64,000 nt of DNA from contig NC_135883.1 of assembly GCF_964194155.1 (NCBI RefSeq), positions 19,592,001 through 19,656,000 on the forward strand, read 5' to 3'. The stretch comes from Cetorhinus maximus. Its lineage: Eukaryota. The translations under genes were made by a program, and so were the position numbers. Shown piece after piece: positions 53,931 to 64,000 of the stretch; positions within the stretch are counted from its first letter, which is position 1, and every line of letters starts with the position of its first letter. The notes below the pieces were generated by a model, which saw only the letters and a program-made list of their open reading frames with translations, did no database searches and was not told the origin of the DNA.

Positions 53931-55553
53931 ACATTGCATGTATATGAATGCAGGGAGTATAGTTAATAAAATTGGGGATTTACAGGCACAGATTGCCTCC
54001 TGGGATTATGATGTTGTGGCAATAGCGGAGACCTGGCTTAAGGAAGGGCAGATCTGGGTGTTAAATGTTCCTGGTTACAAGGCATTCAGAAAAGATAGGA
54101 AAGGGAAAAAATGGAGGAGGGATGGCGTGTTTGGTTAAGGAGAGTATTGCAGTACTGGAGAAAGAGGATATGTCAGAGGATTCAAGGACAGAATCGATTT
54201 GGCTAGAGTTAAGGAATAAGAAGGGTGCAATTACATTGCTTGGTGTGATATATAGACCACCAACTAGTGGGAAGGATATAGTGGAACAAATCTGCAAGGA
54301 AACTACAGAGAGGTGTAAACATCACATGGTAGTTATAGTGGGGGACTTTAATTACCCGCATATATACTGGGATAGTGGTAGTGTAAGGGGCAGCGAGGGA
54401 CAAGTGTTCCTAGATTGTGTTCAGGAGCATTTCCTACAGCAGTATGTGTCCAGTCCAACGAGAAAGGAGGGACTGCTAAACCTGGTTCTTGGGAATGAGA
54501 TGGGCCAATTAGATCAAGTCACAGTGGAGGAACATTTAGGGGACAGTGAGTATTGTATCATAAGGTTTAGGATGACGGTGGAAAATGACATTGGTCAATC
54601 CAGAGTAAGAGTAATCAACTGGCAGAGAGCGGACTTCAATGGGGCAAGAACAGAGCTGGGTCGGATAGACTGGAACCAAAGGTCGGTTAGAAAAACAGTA
54701 GCTGAACAATGGGCTATCTTCAAAGAGGAGATGGTTTGGGCACAGTCAAGGTATGTTCCCTCAAAAGGGAAGGGTTGGACAAACAAATCCAGAGCTCTCT
54801 GGATGACAAAGGAGATAGAAATTAAGTTAAAGAAGAAAAAGTGTGCTTATGACAGGTGTCAGGCAGTGTATACAATTGAGAACCAAGCTGAATACAGAAG
54901 GTTCAGAAGGGATATGAAAAAGCAAATACGAGAAGCAAAGAAGGATTATGAATAAGGACTAGCAGCTAACATGAAATGAAATCCCAAAGTATTCTATAAG
55001 CACATCAATAATGAAAGGATGGTAAAAGGAGGAGTAGGGCCGATAAGGGACCAAAAAGGGGATTTACACATAGAGGCAAGAGGCATGGCTGAGGTGTTAA
55101 ATGAACACTTTGCATCTGTCTTTATCTACGAGGCACATGCTGCCCAGGCCATGGTGACAGAGGAGGAAACTCAGTCACTAGAAGAATTTAAAATTGATAA
55201 GGAGGAGGTATTGGATAAGCTGTCCGTACTTAAAGTTAATAAGGCACTGGGACCGAATGAGATGCATCTAAGAATATTGAAGGAAGTGAGAGTGGAAATT
55301 GCGGAGGCACTGGCAATAATCTTTCAACGTTCCCTGGATTTCGGGGAGGTACCGGAGAACTGGAGAATTGCAAACATTACGCCCTTGTTCAAAAAATGTT
55401 GTAATGATCTGCCCTGCAATTACAGACTAGTCAGTTTAACTTCGGTGGTGGGGAAACTTCTGGAAACAATGATTCGGGATAGAATTAATGGTCACAGGGA
55501 AAAATGTGAATTGATTCGGAAGAGTCAGCGTGGATTTGTTAAGGGAAAATCAT

Positions 55554-56232
55554 GGCCAGAATTTTTCCCTCGTCGGGAGCCGGTGGGGGGGTGGGCGGGA
55601 AGCTGACTGCTGCCCGCGATTGGCTCCTCTCTGCGATTTCATGTGGGCCCACCCTGCGTGGACCGCGAGCAGCAGCGCTGAGTGCTACCTGTGCGGGCGG
55701 GCGGGGGGTGAGGGGGGAGAGTGGGACTGGCGCACAGTTCGCGCATTCGCACGACAGAGCCTTTCAATCTCCCTGAGGCACGGAGCTGCTTCAAGGAGAT
55801 TGTAGCACTTTTAAAAAAAAATTAATGAGGACAGTAAAAATTTTAAAAAAATGTCCCCTCACGTGACTCTGACACGTGAGCTGGGACATGTTTTTAATTC
55901 AAAAATAAAGTTTTCAGTTAATGTTTATTTGCTTTAGGAAACCTCATCCCGCTCGTGGATGAGACTTCCTAAAAAACCTAAAGGCCGCTTGGCCTTTTCA
56001 CCTGCCCGCCAGCTGTAAAGTTAGACGGGCAGCGTAAATTTGATTTTTAATGAGCTGGTTAATGGCCTTAGTAGGCCTTTCAATTATCAGTCAGCACGCA
56101 GCTGACTCCGGCATGCGATGCCGAATGAAATATCGCGCAAGTGCGTGATGACGTCAGGACACATGCTCAAAGTCATCGTGTGTCATATTATGTTCGGGCG
56201 TGTGCCCGCACGCTGAACATAGAATTCTGCCC
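55554..56232 (+). mobile_element. Harbinger-type MITE inside the CR1
   Basis: TIRs ggccagaatt / aattctgccc; TSD CAT; host rejoins as aaaatcatgtcta. Confidence 0.82.
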
Positions 56233-58024
56233 CATGTCTATCTAACTTGCTGGAGTTTTTTGAAAAGGTAACAGAGATGGTTGATAAGGGCAAGGCTGTT
56301 GATGTGGTGTATGTAGGCTTCCAAAGGTATTCAACACAGTGCTACATAACAGTCTTGTGAGGAAAGTTATAGGTCATGGAATAAAAGGGACAGTAGCAAC
56401 GTGGATATAAAATTGGCTGAGGAATAGGAACCAGAGAGTAATGGTTAATGGGTATTTTTCGGGCTGGGAGAAAGTTTGCAGTGGAATTCCCCAGGGGTCA
56501 GTATTGGAACCCTTGCTTTTCCTGAAATATATAAATGATCTAGATCTTGGCGTGCAGGGACAACTTCAAAGTTTGCGGATGACACAAAATTTGGGAGAAT
56601 TGTAAACTGTGAGGAGGACAGTGTAGAACCTCAAAAGGACATTGACACATTGGTGGAGTGGGCAGATAGGTGGCAGATGAAGTTCAATGTGGAGAAGTGT
56701 GAGGTGATACACTTTGGTACAAAAAACATGGAGAGACAGCATGAAATAAATGATACTATTCTAAAGGGTATGCAGGAACAGAGAGACCTGGGTGTATATG
56801 TACATAAGTAATTAAAGGTGGCAGGACAGGTAGAGAGAGCTGTTACTAAAGCACACGGTATTCTAGGTTTCATTAATAGGGGATAGAGTACAAGAGCAGG
56901 GAGGTTATGATGAAATTATCTGCTTAGACCTCAGCTGGAGCATTGTGTACAGTTCTGGGCACCACATTATAGGAAAGATGTGAACGCATTGGAGAGAGTG
57001 CAGAAGAGGTTTACGAGAATGGTTCCAGGGATGAGACACTTCAGTTATGAGGAAAGATTGGAGAAGTTGTGACTGTTTTCCTTGGAGAGAAGGCTAAGAG
57101 GAGACTTGATAGAAGTTTCCAAAATCATGAGGGGTCTGGACAGAGTAGATCGGGAGAAACTGTTCCCGCTCGTAAACGGATCGAGAACCGTAGGGCACAG
57201 TTTTAAAGTATTTTGCAAAATAAGGAAATGTGAGGTGAGAAATAACTTTTTCACACAGCGAGTAGTTAGGGTTTGGAATGCACTGCCTGGTAGTGTGGTG
57301 GAGGCAGGTTCAATTGAAGAGTTCAAGAGGGCATTGGATGATTATTTAAATAGAAACAATGTGCAGGGTTACGGGGAAAAGGCAGGAGATTGGCACTCAG
57401 TTAAAATGCTCAGAGAGCTGGTGCAGACACGATGGGCAGAATGGCCTCCTTCTACACTGTAACAATTCTGTGATTCTGTGAAAACTCAAAATAGGCCTGA
57501 TCGTAAAACCTACCTAATTTGATGCTGAAATTCAACTTATTGATGTAAATCGGCCTTCAATCCAATAACTTGGCAACTTTTCTGCATTTTCAGGGCCTGC
57601 CCTTCACTACGTCTAAATGAGCAAAAGATCTTTGTGAAGGAATTGTACCTACAAAGAAAATGAATATTGGAAGCATAGAAGAATTTAATACAATAGAAGC
57701 CAGCAGGAGAAATGAGAAAACTGCAACCTGTGGTCAAAATGGCAAGAATCCAAATTTACACTGGGTGAACATTTATCACTGATTTAGGTTGGGCTGTCTA
57801 GGTGGGACACTTCTCAGTAGGAAATAAGGAGTAATGCATTGTTTTTACACCCTTCATGGTCTCTGATTTCAGAGCCACCATTGAAAAGGTCTATGTTAGG
57901 AAGTGGAGGAAATCCAAAAGGGGGAAACATTTCTAAATAAAATATAAAAGCAAGAAATCCAGATGTCTTGGCAGATGACATATCTGAATCTATTGAGACC
58001 TGGGTATGGGATGATATGAGCTAC

Positions 58025-59205
58025 AAGTGACTGCCCTTGAAATCAAGGCAGCATTTGACTGAGTGTGGCATCAAGGATCCCTAGCAAAACTGCAGTCAAT
58101 GGGAATCAGGAGGACACTACCCTGAGGAACTCCTGCAGTCAATGGGAATCAGTGACTCCAACACTGGTTGGAGTCATACCTAGCACAAAGAAAGGTGGTT
58201 GTGGTTTTTGGAGGTCAATCATCTCAGTTCCAGGACATCACTGCAGGAGTTCCTCAGGGTAGTGTCCTTGGCCCAACCATCTTCAGCTGTTTCATCAATG
58301 ACCTTCCTTCCATCATAAGGTCAGCAGTGGGAATGTTCGCTGATGATTGCACAATGTTCAGCACCATTCGTGACTCCTCAGATACTGAAGCAGTCTATGT
58401 CCAAATGCAGCAAGACCTGGACAATATCCAGGCTTGGGCTGACAAGTGGCAAGTAACATTTACATCATGCAAGTGCCAGGCAATGACCATCGCCCCTTGA
58501 TGTTCAATGGCATTGCCATCGCTGAATCCCCCACTATCAACATCCTGGGGGTTACCATTGACCAGAAACTGAACTGGACTAGCCATATAAATATTGTGGC
58601 TACAAGAGCAGGTTAGAGGCTAGGAATCCTGCAGTGAGTAACTCACCTCCTGACTCCCTAGAGCCTCTCCACCTTCTACAAGGCACAAATCAGGAGTGCA
58701 ATGGAATACTCTCCACTTGCCTGGAGAAGAGCAGCTCCCACAACACTCAAGAAGGTTGACACCATCCAGGACAACAGGACAACGCATGCATCCCATCCAT
58801 AAACATTCACTGCCTCTGCTACGAATGCACAGTGGCAGCAGTGTGTACCATCTACAAGATGCACTGCAGGAACTCACCAAGGCTCCTTAGGCAGCACCTT
58901 CCAAACCCATGACTGCTACCATCTAGAAGGACAAGGGCAGCAAATAGATGGGAACACCACCACCTGGAAGTTCCTCTCCAAGCCACTCACCATCCTGACT
59001 TGGAAATACATCACTGTTCCTTCACTGCCGCTGGGTCAAAATCCTGGAACTCCCTCCCTAACAGTGTTGTGGGTGTTCCTACGCCACATGGACTGCAGCG
59101 GTTCAAAAAGGCAGCTCACCACCACCTTTTCATAGGCAATTAAGGATGGGTAATAAATGCTGGCCTTGTCAGTGATGCCCACATCCCATGAATGAATAAA
59201 ATAAA
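58025..59205 (+). mobile_element. Family-B CR1-group LINE 3' part
   Basis: GVPQGSVLGPTIFSCFINDLP..MFADD; tail ggcaattaaggatgggtaataaatgctggcc. Confidence 0.88.
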
Positions 59206-60429
59206 TGCATGAAGGTGCATGAAAAGTGCACCATTTTTCGTATTGATGGATTTAATTAAATTCTGAATTTTTTTGTATTGTGTTGATGCTAAATAACTTC
59301 TGATTGATTGCATCAGCAGTGCAGTAATACATGCTGTAATTTACTGTGTTGTATGCTTCAGATATGTGAGAATGGCGGATCTGAACACCATCTTGCAAGA
59401 TAGAAGCAAAAGTAGGCCATTTGGCCCCACTTGTGCAAACCCTGCCTATTATATATTTGTACTGTCAGCCTGATTGGTATTTCTACCTGTTCTTTATGTT
59501 ATCCATTCATCTATTCCATGATCTTCCTATTGGTTTGTATATACATTTCAAATACAATGGATGTGTAGCTTAAAAAAAGCTACACAGAACTTGTCATTGA
59601 GGGGAAGAACATTTTCCAATAGGCCCCTGTACGTAAAGTTACAGCAGCTGGCAGTACTTAACAAAGTTTGGAGGTTTTTCAGTCTAGCTCTGTGCTTAAT
59701 GACAGTGATTTTCAGAATGTTATTCTAAACTTGATGTTCGTTGTTTGGATGATAGAAAATGAAGAAATATTTTAACAGAGAAATCTCTGTTCGAACGTGT
59801 TGGTATTATGGCAACTTCATGGAGTAATAGTATTCTCTTATTTACTTATGTATACTCATGGATTCATCTAATATAAGTTTCTCTGTTTCAGAATGCAAGT
59901 CAATTGGGAATCATTGAAAGTATTTCATTGAAAATCTTCATGGGCCATGCTTGCCTTGGACCAATTACATTTGGGCCCCATTCGAACTTTGTGACTGGAA
60001 ATAATGGTAGTAAGTGTAAAAGTCTTTTAAAATGATCAGCTTCTCTTATAGATGCGGTCCTGTGATGTTTTTCCTTTCAGCTATTGATGCAATAAGTTGC
60101 ATCTTCACACAGGCAGTTTTGATCTGTAAACCTAGGGTTGTAAATTTTGATAGGATCTATGTAGTGAATTTTATGCTGTGCCGTTTCCTAATTGTATGTT
60201 AAGCACTTTCTGCATAAGGTTCACTTGCTATTTGTGATAATTTTAAGGTTATGCCAATCTGTCGTGTTTTGCTTACGTAAAGGCATTTTTTTCCCAGACT
60301 GTTCAGTAATTGATATTTTTAATTGAATTTCTTTTTATTCTATTCAGGGGATTCTGGCGTCACCAACAATGAGAGCATTTATTGCCTCTCCACCATTGGC
60401 CTTGAGAAGGTGGTGGTGAGCTGCCTTTT

Positions 60430-60870
60430 AGAAAGATTTGCATTTACATGGAACTTTGAATGAGCACCAGACATCTCAAAGTGCTTTTTGGCAAACTAAG
60501 TACTTTTGAAGTGTAGTCACTGTTGTAAATGTAGGAAATGCGCAGCCAACATGCACTCAGCAAACTCTCACGTGCTGCAATGCAATAATGACCAGATAAC
60601 ATGATTTTTGTGATGTTGACTGAGGGACGAATATTGGCCAAGACACCAAGGATATCCCCCCAACTCTTCTTCTAAATAGTACCACGGGATCTTTTGCATT
60701 CCCCCAAGAAGGCAAATGGGCCTTGTTTAACATCTCATCTGAAAGATGGCACCTCTGACAGTGCAGTACCCCCTCATTACTGCACTGGAGTGTCAGCCTT
60801 GGAGCAGAACTTGAACGCAGAACTTTGTGATTCAGAGGTGAGAGTGTTATCCACTGAGCTGTGGCGGACA
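60430..60870 (-). mobile_element. Full-length Deu-SINE nested in a LINE-B tail (~60335-61180)
   Basis: Head, core and tail all visible on the minus strand. Confidence 0.8.
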
Positions 60871-60974
60871 TGGCGAAATGCCTCCTGCAGTTCGTGTGTT
60901 GAAAAAACTTGTAATGCTGATAGCGAGGGAGTTCCAGGATTTTGACCAAGCGACATTGAAGGAACAGTAATATA

Positions 60975-61103
60975 AGCCGGGATTTTCTGGCCCTGTTGTG
61001 GGTGGGACCTGCCGTGGGCGAGGCAGCGCCCCAGCCAGAAGCCCGTTGACTTGCGGTGGGATCGGAAGATCGCGGCGGCGGGAGGGTGCGGAAAATCCCG
61101 CTG
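60975..61103. mobile_element. Small GC-rich MITE
   Basis: TIR cgggattttc / gaaaatcccg; TSD ATA; host LINE rejoins. Confidence 0.7.
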
Positions 61104-64000
61104 ATAGTTCCAAGTCAGGATGGTGTGTGAATTGGAGGCAAACTTGCAGGTGGTGGTGTTCCAATGAGTTTGCTTCCCTGCATTCAGCCCTCAATTCACA
61201 AATTTTGTTGACCAGATGATTCCTTCTATAAGTCAGGCTACTTATTTCTTTTGAGTTGTTGTTTTATAAGACCTATGGAATAACACACTGAAACCTCTGC
61301 TGGCCTTTCCTCCCCTACCTATATCAAATGTAACTGTAACTCTTCCAAACTACCCCAGAAAACCAGCCGGGTTATCAGTTGCGATGAATTGAAAGTCAAA
61401 CGTTCGAACATTATAACAATTTTAATGTTGAACATAACCACATTAAAGTGCATTCTTCTGTATTCTGCACAATTTCCCTCTTGCCCAAGTCATATAGAGA
61501 ATCAAGTAGTTCTCCGGAAATATCTGGCTTTCCGATGCGCATTAAATATTTTTGTAGTACAATTTAAAGAAGAACATGACATTCTTCTTGCTAGTTGACC
61601 AATATTCTTCCCTCACATATCATCGCAAAAAAGATGAACTGGCCATTCATATCATTTCTAATTGTGGCACCTAGCATGCAAAATAGCTATTGCATTCACC
61701 TATAAAATAACAGTGACTGTACTTCAAAGTAATTAGTTATGTGGGATGATGTGGATCATTTCTGAGATACGATGAGAGGCAAATTTCAAAAAGAAATTTT
61801 CACTTGATCAAGCCTCAGATTCCATTATCCAACTCTGGCCAGCTGCTTTCTACAAAGTTAACTCTGCAAATGTTGGAAATACGCAGCTGTTGACCTTCTG
61901 ATGCTGATGGTCTTGTCATGTATTTCAAGCCTTATTTTATTTCAGATGTAAGGGAAAATTTGCATGGCTATGGAGGAAAAAAACCAAGGAATTGGACTAA
62001 TACTAATTGGATATCTCCTTTCAAAAGAGCTGACACTGGCTATGGCCTGAATGGCCTCCTTCTGTGCTGTATCATTCTACAATTCTGTTACTATGGTATG
62101 CTTCAAGCGTCCGCTAACACTCATTTGCATAATCACAAGTATAAAATCTTCCATGAGCCAGACCAATTGACAGCCTAATAGAACATAAGCATTTTCCCGT
62201 TCCATTAAAACGTATTCCTTGATGTATTTGAGTGAAAACCACAGTTTTATTAATACAGCTGAAAATGGGTTCATCACCACAAAGAAGCAATGTTAGGAAG
62301 GGTGTCCGTGTCCTCAACCTGTGAGTAATCTGATTTACAATCACTGAAAATGACTTTAAAAAAAGCTATTCTGAACCACTTAGCAGGCACATTTTTGTAC
62401 ACTTGTCAGTTCCATAGTAAATTAAACTTTTCTTGACCTTACAAAGCGTTTAAAATATGAGTACTTGTGCCTATGCACCTAGGAATATGAGCACAATTTG
62501 TAGAGCCTTCCTGAATCAGTGCATTTGGTGGAATCTCATGATTTCGATCGGGGGCGGTTGGGGGGTGGTGGTGCATGGCCAGTTTTGTGAGAGAGGGGCC
62601 TTATTCAGGAAATTTGTATCTTGAGCCAGCATAAAAGATCACGGAAACCACGAACATAAGTGGTTTTGTGTGCAACTCACTTATATTTAAAGCTCTGCCA
62701 TCTTCTGTGTTGGTTTAACTGATTACACCTGAATTGTGCTGATGTGAAAACTCTATCCCAGTGACTTCTTGTTTTCACCTGGCTCCAGGTGGAAAGAGTG
62801 CCTTACTGACTGCTCTTATAATCGGGCTTGGTGGGAAAGCTACTGCCACAAACAGAGAGGATATCCCACAAAAGAATTTGCGAGAAATGGTCTAAAGTCA
62901 GATGCTTTGATAATATATTTTCCTTCCTTCCTTTTAATGAATTTCTTGTAAATTAAATATGGAAATTGGTAAATGAAACATTTTAATATCTATCTTAGAG
63001 AAATAAATGGGACAAAATGTGTTCCTAATCAAAAAGAAAGTGATCACACGTCTGTAGCATGGTTAAATATGAGTCCTTGATTTGTACATTTTCCCAAACT
63101 ATACTCTGCAAGGTCGAGTTGACCTTAGCAGCAGTCTGTACCTGAGACATAGACAAGAACAAGGAGGCATTGGGGTCGAGTTTTGTAGTGATTTTAATCG
63201 TTCGAAAGATTGACCGCAACCAATGTGGTGGGATGTTGAATTAAATCAGTGTTTAAAATATATCAAAGTTTGGGATATAGCACATGACTTATACAGCAAA
63301 AACATACCACCATGACAAGTAGACAGTACTGGTCTAGGTTGGGCAGGATGCCTGGCATGCACAAACAGCTCTTTCTTCTTCTTTCTCTTTTGTTCTTGGT
63401 GCTTATGTCTTTGCAACTTCTCAAACTACCCGAGAGTGTTAGCATGGATCTACTCTTTGGAGTTTCTCCCCACTGCCTACCGCACCGAGGCCTCTCAAAG
63501 TCCCTTACTTTATACCCTTTTCATATGGATGGATTATTTCCAAGGCCTTTTCACCCTATTAAGATATATTTTATAATGCAATACCCTATAAAATGTCAAG
63601 CTCTTTGTCTAAACGTTAGGTTGAAAAGTCTGCTTTTAATGCCATTCGCCTGCCGTTAGCTTTTGAGCTTTCCCACATATCTTCTGCCCTTGATCAATCA
63701 AGCCTAGGCCTTACATCATCGTTTCTTTATCACACCCTAGGTTGTTCTGCCTGACCAGTTTCATCTTGCCAAGAAACATTCCGCCTCCGACCTTCAAAGC
63801 TAACTTTCAGAAGTTTTGTTACTTTGTACCTATCCTATCACCATTTATTTATGGCCAAAGCCATTCATAAGGCCTTCTAATGAGTTGATTCTTTTTTTAT
63901 ATATCAAACTGAACCATGGAATTGTTCAATTATGCAACTTCTGTTCTACTTCTACACACTAATAAACTAGTGTTCCATTAGAGCCCTAATTAAGCAAGAT

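Larger units (their letters stand above)
53700..57481 (+). mobile_element. Near full-length CR1 ORF2 (APE endonuclease + RT), disrupted
   Basis: YMNAGSIVNK..IAETWL, IYRPP, VGDFNYP, YRLVSLTSVVGKLLE, FADDT; tail attctgtgattctgtga. Confidence 0.92.
59892..62896 (+). pseudogene. SMC6: Second SMC6-like gene, N-terminal exons join(59892..60009,62789..62896), frameshifted
   Basis: First exon: [39 protein letters not shown](S), with tttcag acceptor and gtaagt donor. Second exon: [22 protein letters not shown], with ctccag acceptor. An extra GA at 62854-62859 shifts the frame to TAA at 62893; the other frame continues GYPTKEFARNGL, matching GSSLKGFVKDGQ. Confidence 0.88.

Noticed and set aside
54065-55606. 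296- and 195-aa ORFs as functional genes
   Set aside because: Frameshifted and stop-broken pieces of CR1 ORF2, interrupted by a MITE.
59362-59411. Possible small exon with ATG (MADLNTILQDRSK) before the SMC6-like exon
   Set aside because: AG/GT sites are present, but the phase is incompatible with exon 59892 and there is no recognisable homology.
1-64000. CRISPR arrays, operons or prokaryotic defence systems
   Set aside because: The sequence is spliced vertebrate DNA and no repeat-spacer array was seen.

Overview
Eukaryotic, repeat-rich genomic DNA. The repeat families (CR1/HER1-type LINEs, Deu-domain SINEs, Penelope, Harbinger) point to a cartilaginous fish, probably a shark. Bases 1-34.7 kb hold the 3' half of an intact SMC6 gene on the + strand: 12 exon segments with GT-AG sites and consistent phases, covering the hinge end, coiled coil, ABC signature LSGGERS, Walker B RCLDEFD and the stop at 34214. 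Bases 34.9-59 kb are intergenic and contain a nested transposon pile (CR1 > Gypsy > solo-LTR/MITE), a fold-back inversion, a ~4 kb (CA/CT)n array, a G-rich tandem repeat, a Harbinger Myb/SANT remnant and a near full-length CR1 ORF2. From ~59.9 kb a second, divergent SMC6-like gene starts on the same strand. Two N-terminal exons rebuild Walker A (GNNGSGKS) across a splice junction, followed by a 2-nt frameshift, so it is a tandem SMC6 paralog or pseudogene that the ORF track misses. Other notable items are a Penelope-borne minimal hammerhead ribozyme in an SMC6 intron and a Gypsy primer-binding site split by a solo LTR. Repeat boundaries are approximate and were set by eye.
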